Shown one piece after another: positions 1 through 7,275 of a stretch of 27,828 bases of DNA. Within the stretch, counting starts at the first letter, position 1, and each line of letters starts with the position of its first letter. The position numbers and the translations under genes are program-made. The stretch is from Patescibacteria group bacterium (lineage in GTDB: Bacteria > Patescibacteriota > Dojkabacteria > SC72 > T1SED10-24): assembly GCA_007136035.1 (NCBI GenBank), contig SLHS01000035.1:1-27828 (forward strand). Direction: 5' to 3'. The notes beneath the pieces were generated by a model. It made no database searches, had not been told where the DNA came from, and was given only the letters and a program-made list of their open reading frames with translations.

Positions 1-316
1 AAAAATTCTCCCCTATGAAAGTTGTAGGTGCCATAATCCCATATTCTTCAATTTCATATTTGTCTGCTATTTCGTGTAGTTTTTCAGTATCAGAGATAGA
101 GTATATATGTAATTCCATCTCAGGATATTCATCCTGAATTTCTAACATAAAATCTTTTTGGTCTCTACAAACCGGACAAAGCCTATCTTCAAAAAAATGA
201 ACTTTTAATTTATCTTCTTGTTCTAATTCACCCTCATCTGCAAATACAAAACCACTCCCTAAAAAAGGCAAAAGCAAAGAAAAAGTGAGTAAAAATAGTG
301 TTATTTTTTTAAGCAC
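1..316 (-). CDS. Exported thioredoxin/glutaredoxin-fold protein (CPVC), 3'-truncated by the window edge
   Basis: Not in the ORF track; translated by hand from GTG at 316: (M)LKKITLFLLTFSLLLPFLGSGFVFA-DEGELEQEDKLKVHFFEDRLCPVCRDQKDF...YGIMAPTTFIGENF. It has a signal peptide, a CxxC after a beta strand and a cis-Pro-like APT motif, and the frame stays open to base 1. Confidence 0.8.
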   Translation of the reverse strand, partial: MLKKITLFLLTFSLLLPFLGSGFVFADEGELEQEDKLKVHFFEDRLCPVCRDQKDFMLEIQDEYPEMELHIYSISDTEKLHEIADKYEIEEYGIMAPTTFIGENF

Positions 317-334
317 AATTACAGGATTCAAAAT

Positions 335-679
335 TTAAATTTCACAACCTGTTAACTTTGAGAAATCTTCTATCGAACTAACGCTTTCTAAAAGTTCTCC
401 ACTGTGTTGAATCTCAGGGACATAGTCTGTCTTCATCTGAACATCACAAATTTCTGGTTTTTCATTACAATTAACAAAAAGCTCCCCTGCAACATCATAA
501 CCTCCAAACTCATCTGCCAAATTTGTACAAGCTGGACACGTATCAGATACATATATTACCACACCCGAGTCTACAAGACATTGTACAAAATCCTCGCTAT
601 TATTCATAGGAAAAAATGAAAACACGAAAAAAGCCGAAGCCAACAAAAAAACGAAGACCAGAAAGGCTAACTTTTTCAT
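335..679 (-). CDS. Membrane-anchored thioredoxin-fold protein (CPAC), resembling VKOR-associated Trx domains
   Basis: N-terminal hydrophobic segment, IYVSDTCPAC, YVP cis-Pro motif, extra Cys residues (QCL, VNC, EIC, terminal TGC). Paralog of 696..1154. Confidence 0.8.
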   Translation of the reverse strand: MKKLAFLVFVFLLASAFFVFSFFPMNNSEDFVQCLVDSGVVIYVSDTCPACTNLADEFGGYDVAGELFVNCNEKPEICDVQMKTDYVPEIQHSGELLESVSSIEDFSKLTGCEI

Positions 680-695
680 ATGAAGAATCTAAAAA

Positions 696-1154
696 TTAAA
701 GCTCACAACCTGTTAAATCAGCAAAAGCTTCCATCGATCTTCCTCCTTCAAAAACCTCCCCATTATATTGAACCTCAGGGACATAGTTTGTTTGCATCTC
801 AGCTTCACATTTCCCCCAATCATCCCCACATAGAACAAAAAGATTTTCTACAGCTTCATAACCTCCAAATTCATCTGCAAGGAAAGTACAAGCCGGACAA
901 GTTTTAGAAGCATATACCACCATTCCTGAATCTGCAAGACATTGTATAAATTCTTCACTTGGCAAATTAAAAGATTCTTGATCTTCCTGCTCACCTAAAA
1001 CTTCATCCATATCATCAAGAACAACCTCCTGTTGAGCTACTTCATCACTAATTTCTTCCACTTCAGTCTCTTCCCTATCAATAAAGAAAAAAATAGCAAG
1101 GATAACTAAAAAAACAACTGCTGTTGCTAAAAAGGTCGTGATCGTTTTATTCAT
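696..1154 (-). CDS. Membrane-anchored thioredoxin-fold protein (CPAC) with acidic linker
   Basis: N-terminal TM, acidic spacer, VYASKTCPAC, NYVPEV, terminal LTGCEL. Clear amino-acid and nucleotide similarity to 335..679. Confidence 0.82.
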   Translation of the reverse strand: MNKTITTFLATAVVFLVILAIFFFIDREETEVEEISDEVAQQEVVLDDMDEVLGEQEDQESFNLPSEEFIQCLADSGMVVYASKTCPACTFLADEFGGYEAVENLFVLCGDDWGKCEAEMQTNYVPEVQYNGEVFEGGRSMEAFADLTGCEL

Positions 1155-1195
1155 AAAATTTAGCCAATAAAGTTAAACTAACAGTCAATAGTTTA

Positions 1196-1825
1196 CTAAA
1201 AAACAGGATATTTATCAAGAATTTCTTTAATCTTCTTTTGTAAGCTTTTTTTAAGCTCCCTCGATTGTTCTCTTACTTTTCCCAGCTCATATTCATCTAA
1301 TTTGTTAAAAACCTTTCCAAATTCAGGATAGTACCAAATATGAGAGAGCCATTTGTCTTCAGGGATATTTTTGTCCGGCAATTTTTTTGCAATATAACCT
1401 CTTTCTACAACTTTCTCATTAGACCAAAGAAGTTTTCCTTTTTTGGCAAGAGCAAGAGCATGATGAAATTCTACTCTTCTTTCTTCATTATCCAAACCTT
1501 TCATCAGCTTCAAAAGTTTTTCAGCCTTTTGAACATCACTTTTTTCTTTCCCAATCGTTCTTTCATTCTTCAAAAAATTCCAATCTTGGTTCAAAGCAGG
1601 TATATCAACTCCACCATCGGAAGCTAAAACTAAAAATTTCGTTTTCTTTGAAATCTCAATCGCCTTCTTTTGAGCATTTTCTTCCAAAGTATTACCATCT
1701 TCCAAAATATCAACTTCAATATCCTGGTCTCTTAAAAGATGGACTTTAATAAATTTCATGTCTTCAAGATAAAAACGAAGTTCATCAACCTTGTAATTAT
1801 TTTTTGTGCCTATGAGGATATCCAC
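1196..1825 (-). CDS. Divergent HAM1/RdgB-family non-canonical NTP pyrophosphatase
   Basis: N-terminal ILIGTKNNYKVDEL, EDGNTLEENAQKKA and LASDGG (cf. ADDSG) match the HAM1 fold. The C-terminal specificity motifs do not match. GTG start. Confidence 0.75.
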   Translation of the reverse strand: MDILIGTKNNYKVDELRFYLEDMKFIKVHLLRDQDIEVDILEDGNTLEENAQKKAIEISKKTKFLVLASDGGVDIPALNQDWNFLKNERTIGKEKSDVQKAEKLLKLMKGLDNEERRVEFHHALALAKKGKLLWSNEKVVERGYIAKKLPDKNIPEDKWLSHIWYYPEFGKVFNKLDEYELGKVREQSRELKKSLQKKIKEILDKYPVF

Positions 1826-1829
1826 TTTT

Positions 1830-2093
1830 TTATGAAGACAAAAAATACAAAAGTATTAAACCAAAAATTGGGGGATTTAAAAAAAGCAATATTTTGGTCG
1901 AAAAATTTAATTTCGCCCTCTCTTCATAAAGAAATGCAAAGTAAAAAAGCAACAAACAAGCTAGAGGGTAGGCAATCAACCAAATTGTCGTTCCAGAGAT
2001 AAAATATATAAGTCCAAGAAAAAGTATCGTTAGAAAAAGATAGTTCCCCTTCAAATGAGCCCTTATCAACAGTACAGAGGATTCCATTTTCAA
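1830..2093 (-). CDS. Small integral membrane protein (2-3 TM), function unknown
   Basis: 87 aa and very hydrophobic. Stop lies 4 nt before the HAM1 start, and a good promoter lies upstream. Start is TTG 2093 or ATG 2087. Confidence 0.55.
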   Translation of the reverse strand: MKMESSVLLIRAHLKGNYLFLTILFLGLIYFISGTTIWLIAYPLACLLLFYFAFLYEERAKLNFSTKILLFLNPPIFGLILLYFLSS

Positions 2094-2126
2094 ATAAAAG
2101 TTAAAAATAATACTGTGTATTAGTTC

Positions 2127-2155
2127 ATTATGGTTGAAGAAAAAAGGAAAGTCAA
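2127..2155 (-). promoter_or_regulatory. sigma70-type promoter TTGACT-N17-CATAAT
   Basis: Read directly on the minus strand: -35 at 2155-2150, -10 at 2132-2127, 17-nt spacer. Points toward the membrane protein/HAM1/Trx genes. Confidence 0.65.
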
Positions 2156-2175
2156 GATTTTAAAAATTCTTTGAT

Positions 2176-2649
2176 TTAGTAATCTGTCTTCATCTTTATG
2201 CCTTTTATATTATACCCTGTCCTCCTATACTTTTCTTCATCTACTTCCCTCAAGAAGGCTACCATAAACTTCTGGATTAATTTGCGTTCCCTTTCTGTAG
2301 TAGGATAACTATGTTTACCTTTTTTCATATCTTTCCTTTCATATTCAATACCATTTGATGGGAGTCCATATTTCATTCTAAAGTGATAGATTGTGCAAGG
2401 CTTTAAATCCAAAAAATTAGCCATGTCTATATCAGTCATCTTTTTATTACTATGTAAGATGATCTTTAACTCATCCTTTTCGCAAATCTCCTCCTGTGTA
2501 AAACTTTTTTTACCTGATTTCTTTATATCCCAATGTCTTTCAAGTAATTCATTCAAACGCTCTTCTATTTCTTCCTGTGAACGCGACAAGATACTTTCTT
2601 GTTCATTTTCATTTTCTTTTGTTTCAAATTTAGACACAGATTCCAACAT
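2176..2649 (-). CDS. Hypothetical protein with a possible helix-turn-helix
   Basis: 157-aa ORF on the coding strand. Segment MTDIDMANFLDLKPCTIYHFRMKYGLPS has an HTH-like pattern. Confidence 0.65.
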   Translation of the reverse strand: MLESVSKFETKENENEQESILSRSQEEIEERLNELLERHWDIKKSGKKSFTQEEICEKDELKIILHSNKKMTDIDMANFLDLKPCTIYHFRMKYGLPSNGIEYERKDMKKGKHSYPTTERERKLIQKFMVAFLREVDEEKYRRTGYNIKGIKMKTDY

Positions 2650-2659
2650 TTAAAAATGT

Positions 2660-3607
2660 TTAAATATTATTTATCAAAATATCCTTAAATTTTATAGGGC
2701 TTTCTAGCATTGGTAAATGTCCAACACTTTCAAGTATCTTTAATTGAGCACCTTCTATTCTTCTTTCTAAAGAATTACTCTTCGTCACAGATACCCAGGT
2801 GTCTTCCTCCCCCCATATTATTAAAACTGGGATTTCAATATCCGCAACGTCTTTTTGCAAAACATTACGATAGGAAGAAGAAGACATTTTAATTGCAACA
2901 TATTCCCACCCTAAAAATAATGTGGGATTAAGAAAAAAAGGTTCTTGAATATTTGTATTTTCCAAATCATAAACTGCACTATTAAGAAGATCGTTTACCC
3001 GTCCATCATTGAGAGAAAATTTTAAAATAATTCTTGCATACTCTCGAAGTATAGGATAATCTAAAATTTTTAGGGCATTTGTGCGTAATCTATCTACATC
3101 TTTTTGCTCCATTAATGCCGCTGAAACCAAAACTAATGTCTCAATCTTTTCTGGATATTTTTGATAATACATCGTAGCTACATTTCCACCCATACTATGT
3201 CCCACCAAAGTAATATTTCTTAATTCTAATTGTTCAACAAAGGAGTCTAAAAACTCGATTTGTGATGGATGTGAATAATCCACATCTACTCTTTTTTCTG
3301 AAAAACCAAAACCCTTTAAATCCACTGCTACCACTCTATATCCTTCATCTGCAAGCAATGGAATAGTTTTGAGCCAGTTTGTTGCAGAACCACCAAAACC
3401 ATGTAAAAGAAGAATTGTATTTTCAGATTCAGAATTAAAGTCTATATAAAAAGTTTTGTATCCATCTATTTCTAAAAAATTTCCATTCTCAATTTCAAAA
3501 TTTAAAGCATATTCCTCTGGTTCTAGGCCAGAATCGCCTATGAAAAAAGGAGATAGAAGTAAAGCAAAAAGGGAAATATAAAAAATTGGCTTTATTAAGT
3601 TTCTCAT
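2660..3607 (-). CDS. Alpha/beta-fold hydrolase with N-terminal signal/anchor
   Basis: LLHGFGGS oxyanion motif, DLKGFG, nucleophile elbow GHSMGG, WGEED acid and GHLP His, giving a complete Ser-Asp-His triad. Confidence 0.92.
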   Translation of the reverse strand: MRNLIKPIFYISLFALLLSPFFIGDSGLEPEEYALNFEIENGNFLEIDGYKTFYIDFNSESENTILLLHGFGGSATNWLKTIPLLADEGYRVVAVDLKGFGFSEKRVDVDYSHPSQIEFLDSFVEQLELRNITLVGHSMGGNVATMYYQKYPEKIETLVLVSAALMEQKDVDRLRTNALKILDYPILREYARIILKFSLNDGRVNDLLNSAVYDLENTNIQEPFFLNPTLFLGWEYVAIKMSSSSYRNVLQKDVADIEIPVLIIWGEEDTWVSVTKSNSLERRIEGAQLKILESVGHLPMLESPIKFKDILINNI

Positions 3608-3633
3608 AAAGTTGAATCTAAAAAATACAATAC

Positions 3634-4095
3634 TTATTGTTCCTCAGAGGTTCCAAATTTCTCTATTCTTGCCTCTCTAACTTCCTTAAACAGCCTTAAC
3701 TTCTCAAAGATATCATTTGGATCTGCGTAGGATGAACACTCTTGTAACAAAGTATCTAGAGTATAGTTTACCCACCATCTGTATTGTTTACTATTTGCCT
3801 CACAAACTAAATCTTTGTATTCTTCCTCTATTTTTTTCTGACTTTTAACGAAGTCTCCCTCTGTTACATCTACATCATCCGAAAGCAAATTCCGTCTCTC
3901 CATAAATAAATATACTTTTTTTTCATCAATTAATTGAGTTAAACCCCCTTCATAGATTTTAATTTTTTCCTCAAATGAAAGTTTCTCTTTAGAGAAATCG
4001 TACTCTATCAAATTATCCAAATCTTTTTTTCGAGGTTCATCCCTTCCCTCAGAGAGATCAACTTCGAAAGATTCTTCCACTATTGCTTCAGGCAT
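3634..4095 (-). CDS. Hypothetical acidic soluble protein
   Basis: 153-aa ORF on the dominant coding strand, Glu/Lys-rich like neighbouring genes, no recognisable motif. Confidence 0.65.
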   Translation of the reverse strand: MPEAIVEESFEVDLSEGRDEPRKKDLDNLIEYDFSKEKLSFEEKIKIYEGGLTQLIDEKKVYLFMERRNLLSDDVDVTEGDFVKSQKKIEEEYKDLVCEANSKQYRWWVNYTLDTLLQECSSYADPNDIFEKLRLFKEVREARIEKFGTSEEQ

Positions 4096-4134
4096 AAAAA
4101 AGATTTAAAAAATTACTTATTAGTTCCTTAAAAA

Positions 4135-4143
4135 AGTATAGCA
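4135..4143 (-). promoter_or_regulatory. Extended -10 element (TG-C-TATACT) upstream of 3634..4095
   Basis: TGCTATACT on the minus strand about 40 nt before the ATG. No convincing -35. Confidence 0.4.
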
Positions 4144-4181
4144 AAAAAAGCTAATTTAAACACAAATTTTCTAAAATTTGG

Positions 4182-4244
4182 TAGCAGCTCCTTCGTTCGT
4201 ATATAAATACGTTCGCTTTTAGCGAATTTACGAAAGAGCTGCTA
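4182..4244 (-). other. Three-way-junction (Y-shaped) inverted-repeat structure, possible structured RNA or 3' UTR element
   Basis: Minus-strand RNA: 15-bp P1 UAGCAGCUCUUUCGU/ACGAAGGAGCUGCUA (one U.G pair) encloses hairpins UUCGCU-aaa-AGCGAA and CGUAU-uuau-AUACG. Confidence 0.7.
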
Positions 4245-4258
4245 TAGTAAGGGGAACT

Positions 4259-4384
4259 TTAGAAAAACTTTTGAACAAAAAAGGAGGAAAGAGCATAGAA
4301 AAACACCGAGATTCCTAATAGCATTATGAAGCTACCCAAGACAATACTTACAATTATATAATTAAGCATCGAAACCTTTTTCAT
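4259..4384 (-). CDS. Unannotated 41-aa hydrophobic single-TM small protein
   Basis: Hand translation: MKKVSMLNYIIVSIVLGSFIMLLGISVFFYALSSFFVQKFF*. SD GGAGGGG (4396-4390) lies 5 nt before the ATG, and a near-consensus promoter is upstream. Confidence 0.7.
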   Translation of the reverse strand: MKKVSMLNYIIVSIVLGSFIMLLGISVFFYALSSFFVQKFF

Positions 4385-4420
4385 TTCATCCCCTCCATTC
4401 TAAATTTTGAAGAACGGCCC

Positions 4421-4449
4421 ATTATACTATGAGGCTCAACTTTTTTCAA
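4421..4449 (-). promoter_or_regulatory. sigma70-type promoter TTGAAA-N17-TATAAT for the 41-aa ORF
   Basis: -35 at 4449-4444 (overlapping the CapA stop codon), perfect -10 at 4426-4421, 17-nt spacer. Confidence 0.7.
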
Positions 4450-6161
4450 TATCTAGCATCTCGAAGAAGCTGCAAAAGCAGCTCCCTATCGTCATCTTCT
4501 GTTACATAAGGCCTCATATCATCATCATAAAGGGTTGTGGTTATTCTAGATTGAAGCAACCTATTCTCATAAATATAGTGGCTAAGTATCATCCCCTGTC
4601 TTGTACCAATCCAAGGAATTTGATCAAAAAAGATATTACCGGTTCCATAGAAAATCGGTTTTTCTTCATAAACTTCATAAGTTTGAGGTTGATGAGCTTG
4701 AGAACCAATTACAATATCAGCTCCATAATCTACTGCCGTTCTAAAAACTTCCCTTTGATCTGGATTCGAAAGAGGCTTGTAGCAAGGGGGGTATATTACA
4801 TCTTCAGGAGGATATGACCAACATTCTTCAAACTGGAAAGTAACAATAGTAAAGGCTCCCTTTTCCTTTGCCTCATTTATATCTCTTTCCATCTTTTCAA
4901 AAGAAAAGGAATTTGCACCAGCTCTATCCTCACCTGCTAAATTTGCATGGAAATTATGTATCGTATCGTAATAATTGTAACCTATGAATGCTATTTTAGA
5001 ATCTTTTTTCTCTTTAAAAAGTATCTCTGCTGCATCCTCTTCATTCAAACCACCACCATAATAACCCCAACCCCTTTCCTTATACATCTCTATCGTTTTA
5101 GTATTATATTGAGCTCCAAAATCATTGTTATGGTTACCTGTTAACTCAATTACATTAGCGTTAATAGCTTCCAAGGTAGCAATATAGTCAGGATGAGAAC
5201 AAAACCTCATACTACGCTCTGGTTGACAACCAGGGACAAAAGAAACTTCATTTGAAGTATGAACTAAGTCTGCATCACCCAAAAAATCTGCAATATATTG
5301 TGCAGGATATGCAGGGTCTCCTGACTCTTCAATCTTAAAAGCAAGATTCCTACTTAACGCAGTAACTCCCGACATATTAATTTTTAACAAATCGTTAGGT
5401 TCAAAAGTGCTATACAAATTCTTTGTATTGTTTTTTATAACATTAACGAGAAAATCTGGAGCGAAACCTTCATCAACACCTATATGGAAAACTAATCCTC
5501 CCTCCAAATCATCTAAAAAGTAACTATCGTCTAGATATAGTACTTGATATTTATGGTTAAGACTTTCTAGAGTTACAAAAGAAAGAGAACTTTCTTCATT
5601 TTCTTTGAGATACGAAAGCACATCCTCCTTCTCTATTATCTTAAAATCTTCGTCAAAATGTTTTTCTAAAACAGCGGATATAAATTCTAATTCTCCTTCT
5701 TGAACAACAATCTCTCTACTAACTATTTCATCTCGACTTATTGAATTCTCTATCCAATAGAAGTGGCCAACAGGTATCAAATAGTCTGTAAAAAGAGACT
5801 TCTCTTCACTTGCCAAAGTTATTTTTATAGCATTTTCATCATTTTCAAAAGAGAATCTTTTTTTACCATTATGCTCTATTCTCAATAATTGTGTTTTTAC
5901 ATCTTCACGTATATTTTCCGAAACCGAGGAGGAGAAAGTAACTGGGAATGTATCATATCTAATCTCCCACTCGTTTAAAGTAATTAAAAAATTTCTGTAC
6001 ATTACCTCGTTTACAGAAAAAAAGACTAAGAGAGCGATCAGAGGTATTAAAAGAAAAAACACATATTTCCATTTATTCGACCTTTTAGATTCATCAGAGA
6101 TATAAGACAAGCTATTACCTCCGCTAGAGGAAATGTTTAAAGTTTTTCTTGCACTGACCAT
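4446..6161 (-). CDS. CapA (PGA_cap)-family metallophosphoesterase-fold protein with N-terminal TM and extracellular domain
   Basis: C-terminal half has CapA-pattern motifs SNE, ELTGNHNNDFG, YYGGGLN, FIGYN, DIVIGSQAHQPQ, FYGTGNIFFDQ. The ORF track starts at 6242, but ATG 6161 (MVSARK) is more plausible because TTACAA-N17-TAACCT lies between the two starts. Confidence 0.8.
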   Translation of the reverse strand: MVSARKTLNISSSGGNSLSYISDESKRSNKWKYVFFLLIPLIALLVFFSVNEVMYRNFLITLNEWEIRYDTFPVTFSSSVSENIREDVKTQLLRIEHNGKKRFSFENDENAIKITLASEEKSLFTDYLIPVGHFYWIENSISRDEIVSREIVVQEGELEFISAVLEKHFDEDFKIIEKEDVLSYLKENEESSLSFVTLESLNHKYQVLYLDDSYFLDDLEGGLVFHIGVDEGFAPDFLVNVIKNNTKNLYSTFEPNDLLKINMSGVTALSRNLAFKIEESGDPAYPAQYIADFLGDADLVHTSNEVSFVPGCQPERSMRFCSHPDYIATLEAINANVIELTGNHNNDFGAQYNTKTIEMYKERGWGYYGGGLNEEDAAEILFKEKKDSKIAFIGYNYYDTIHNFHANLAGEDRAGANSFSFEKMERDINEAKEKGAFTIVTFQFEECWSYPPEDVIYPPCYKPLSNPDQREVFRTAVDYGADIVIGSQAHQPQTYEVYEEKPIFYGTGNIFFDQIPWIGTRQGMILSHYIYENRLLQSRITTTLYDDDMRPYVTEDDDRELLLQLLRDARY

Positions 6162-6265
6162 TTGAATTATTAGATATTTTACTGTTCTGAGGTTATCACA
6201 ATGATGAAAAATTTGTAAGAAGGGAGGGACTTGTAGTTGCACTATTCTTGCATTAATCCAAAGAT

Positions 6266-7087
6266 TTATTTCTCTCTAATAACTTTTTTCACAAAATTTT
6301 TATAAGCAGGGATGGGAGCTATAATTGGTAAAATGATAGCCTTAAGTTCTTCCTCTTCACGCAAACCTACTAGAGGATAATCACCTTCAAAATTAAAAAA
6401 GAACTTAGCTTTCGGAAATTCTTTTTTTAGACCTGCATAATACCTTCCATCAATTTGTACAAATTTCAATTTTTCAAAATCAGAAAATACTACTGATCTC
6501 TCCGCTACAAATCCTCTCTCTTTTAATTCCATTCTCTCACCCTCTTCTAGCCTTCCTATCATTTCTGTCAATTTATTTTTCAAACGGTCAAATAATAGTT
6601 CTTCCTTTTCAATTTTGTTTATAGTTTCTGAATCAAAAGGTTTTATACACTTAGAACGTTTTAACTCCTTTCTCAATAATTTCTCTGATACCTCCTCATC
6701 TAAAATTACAATACTAAAATCTGTATATATACCCTCTTTCAAACCACCCAATAAAATTTCTGGCATAGAAACAAACCTCTTTCTCATAATTCCACTCATA
6801 GTACCTAAACCTTTCCCTAATTCTATAAGTTCATTTTCGTCTTCTGTTATAACATATGCTCTTTCTTCATCATGGCTAGAAGCAATTTTTTTAAGAGTTG
6901 AAATTTTCTCTTTTGGGGATGACAAATGCCAAGTCTCTCCACAATAAAATCCTGCACATTTATTTAAAAAGTCTAATTGGGAGAATCTTGCTTCTTCAGC
7001 CTTTTTCTCAAAGACTTCTTCTACATCACTACAAGATGTATTTTCATAAAAAGGATTTTTATCACCATAGAAAGTATCTTCTCCCAT
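6266..7087 (-). CDS. Hypothetical soluble protein
   Basis: 273-aa ORF with host-typical composition and no recognised motif. Confidence 0.7.
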   Translation of the reverse strand: MGEDTFYGDKNPFYENTSCSDVEEVFEKKAEEARFSQLDFLNKCAGFYCGETWHLSSPKEKISTLKKIASSHDEERAYVITEDENELIELGKGLGTMSGIMRKRFVSMPEILLGGLKEGIYTDFSIVILDEEVSEKLLRKELKRSKCIKPFDSETINKIEKEELLFDRLKNKLTEMIGRLEEGERMELKERGFVAERSVVFSDFEKLKFVQIDGRYYAGLKKEFPKAKFFFNFEGDYPLVGLREEEELKAIILPIIAPIPAYKNFVKKVIREK

Positions 7088-7157
7088 ATATCAAAGGATT
7101 AAAAATTAGTTGAGGCGATTATACTATAAGTTTAGTTGGGAGTAAATATGAGCAAAA

Positions 7158-7230
7158 TGAGTGTGCAGGGACTCGAACCCTGAACCTAGCGATTAAGAGT
7201 CGCTTGCTCTACCGATTGAGCTACACACCC
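7158..7230 (-). tRNA. tRNA-Lys (anticodon CTT), CCA not encoded
   Basis: GGGTGTG-TA-GCTC AATCGGTA GAGC-A-AGCGA CTCTTAA TCGCT-AGGTT-CAGGG TTCGAGT CCCTG-CACACTC-A: complete 73-nt cloverleaf. Confidence 0.97.
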
Positions 7231-7244
7231 ACCAATTCCTTCGC

Positions 7245-7273
7245 ATAATATCACGATATTCGTGAACTTTCAA
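7245..7273 (-). promoter_or_regulatory. tRNA promoter TTGAAA-N17-TATTAT
   Basis: -35 at 7273-7268, -10 at 7250-7245, 14 nt upstream of tRNA G1. Confidence 0.6.
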
Positions 7274-7275
7274 CA

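Noticed and set aside
404-2892. Plus-strand ORFs 404..619, 680..907, 1340..1627, 1739..2002, 2393..2653, 2710..2892
   Set aside because: Antisense shadows of better-supported minus-strand genes; no motifs.
4182-4244. The Y structure as an intrinsic terminator, SRP RNA or known riboswitch
   Set aside because: No U-tract on either strand, and no SRP or riboswitch consensus that I recognise.
4446-4448. TGA recoding (code 25/4), as in Gracilibacteria and Absconditabacteria
   Set aside because: ORFs of about 1000 codons contain no in-frame TGA, and TGA ends the CapA gene at a plausible position.
4446-6161. Poly-gamma-glutamate capsule operon
   Set aside because: No capB or capC adjacent, and the CapA metal ligands are degenerate.
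4407-7113. Plus-strand ORFs 4407..4817, 4947..5144, 6615..6947, 6898..7113
   Set aside because: Antisense to the CapA-family and hypothetical genes, with typical reverse-frame composition.
1-7157. Genomic island integrated at tRNA-Lys
   Set aside because: No integrase and no duplicated tRNA 3' end seen downstream within the window; composition looks the same as the rest.
7158-7234. Plus-strand reading of the tRNA, which ends in CCA
   Set aside because: The D-arm and T-arm (GGTTCGAGTCC) consensus are only on the minus strand.
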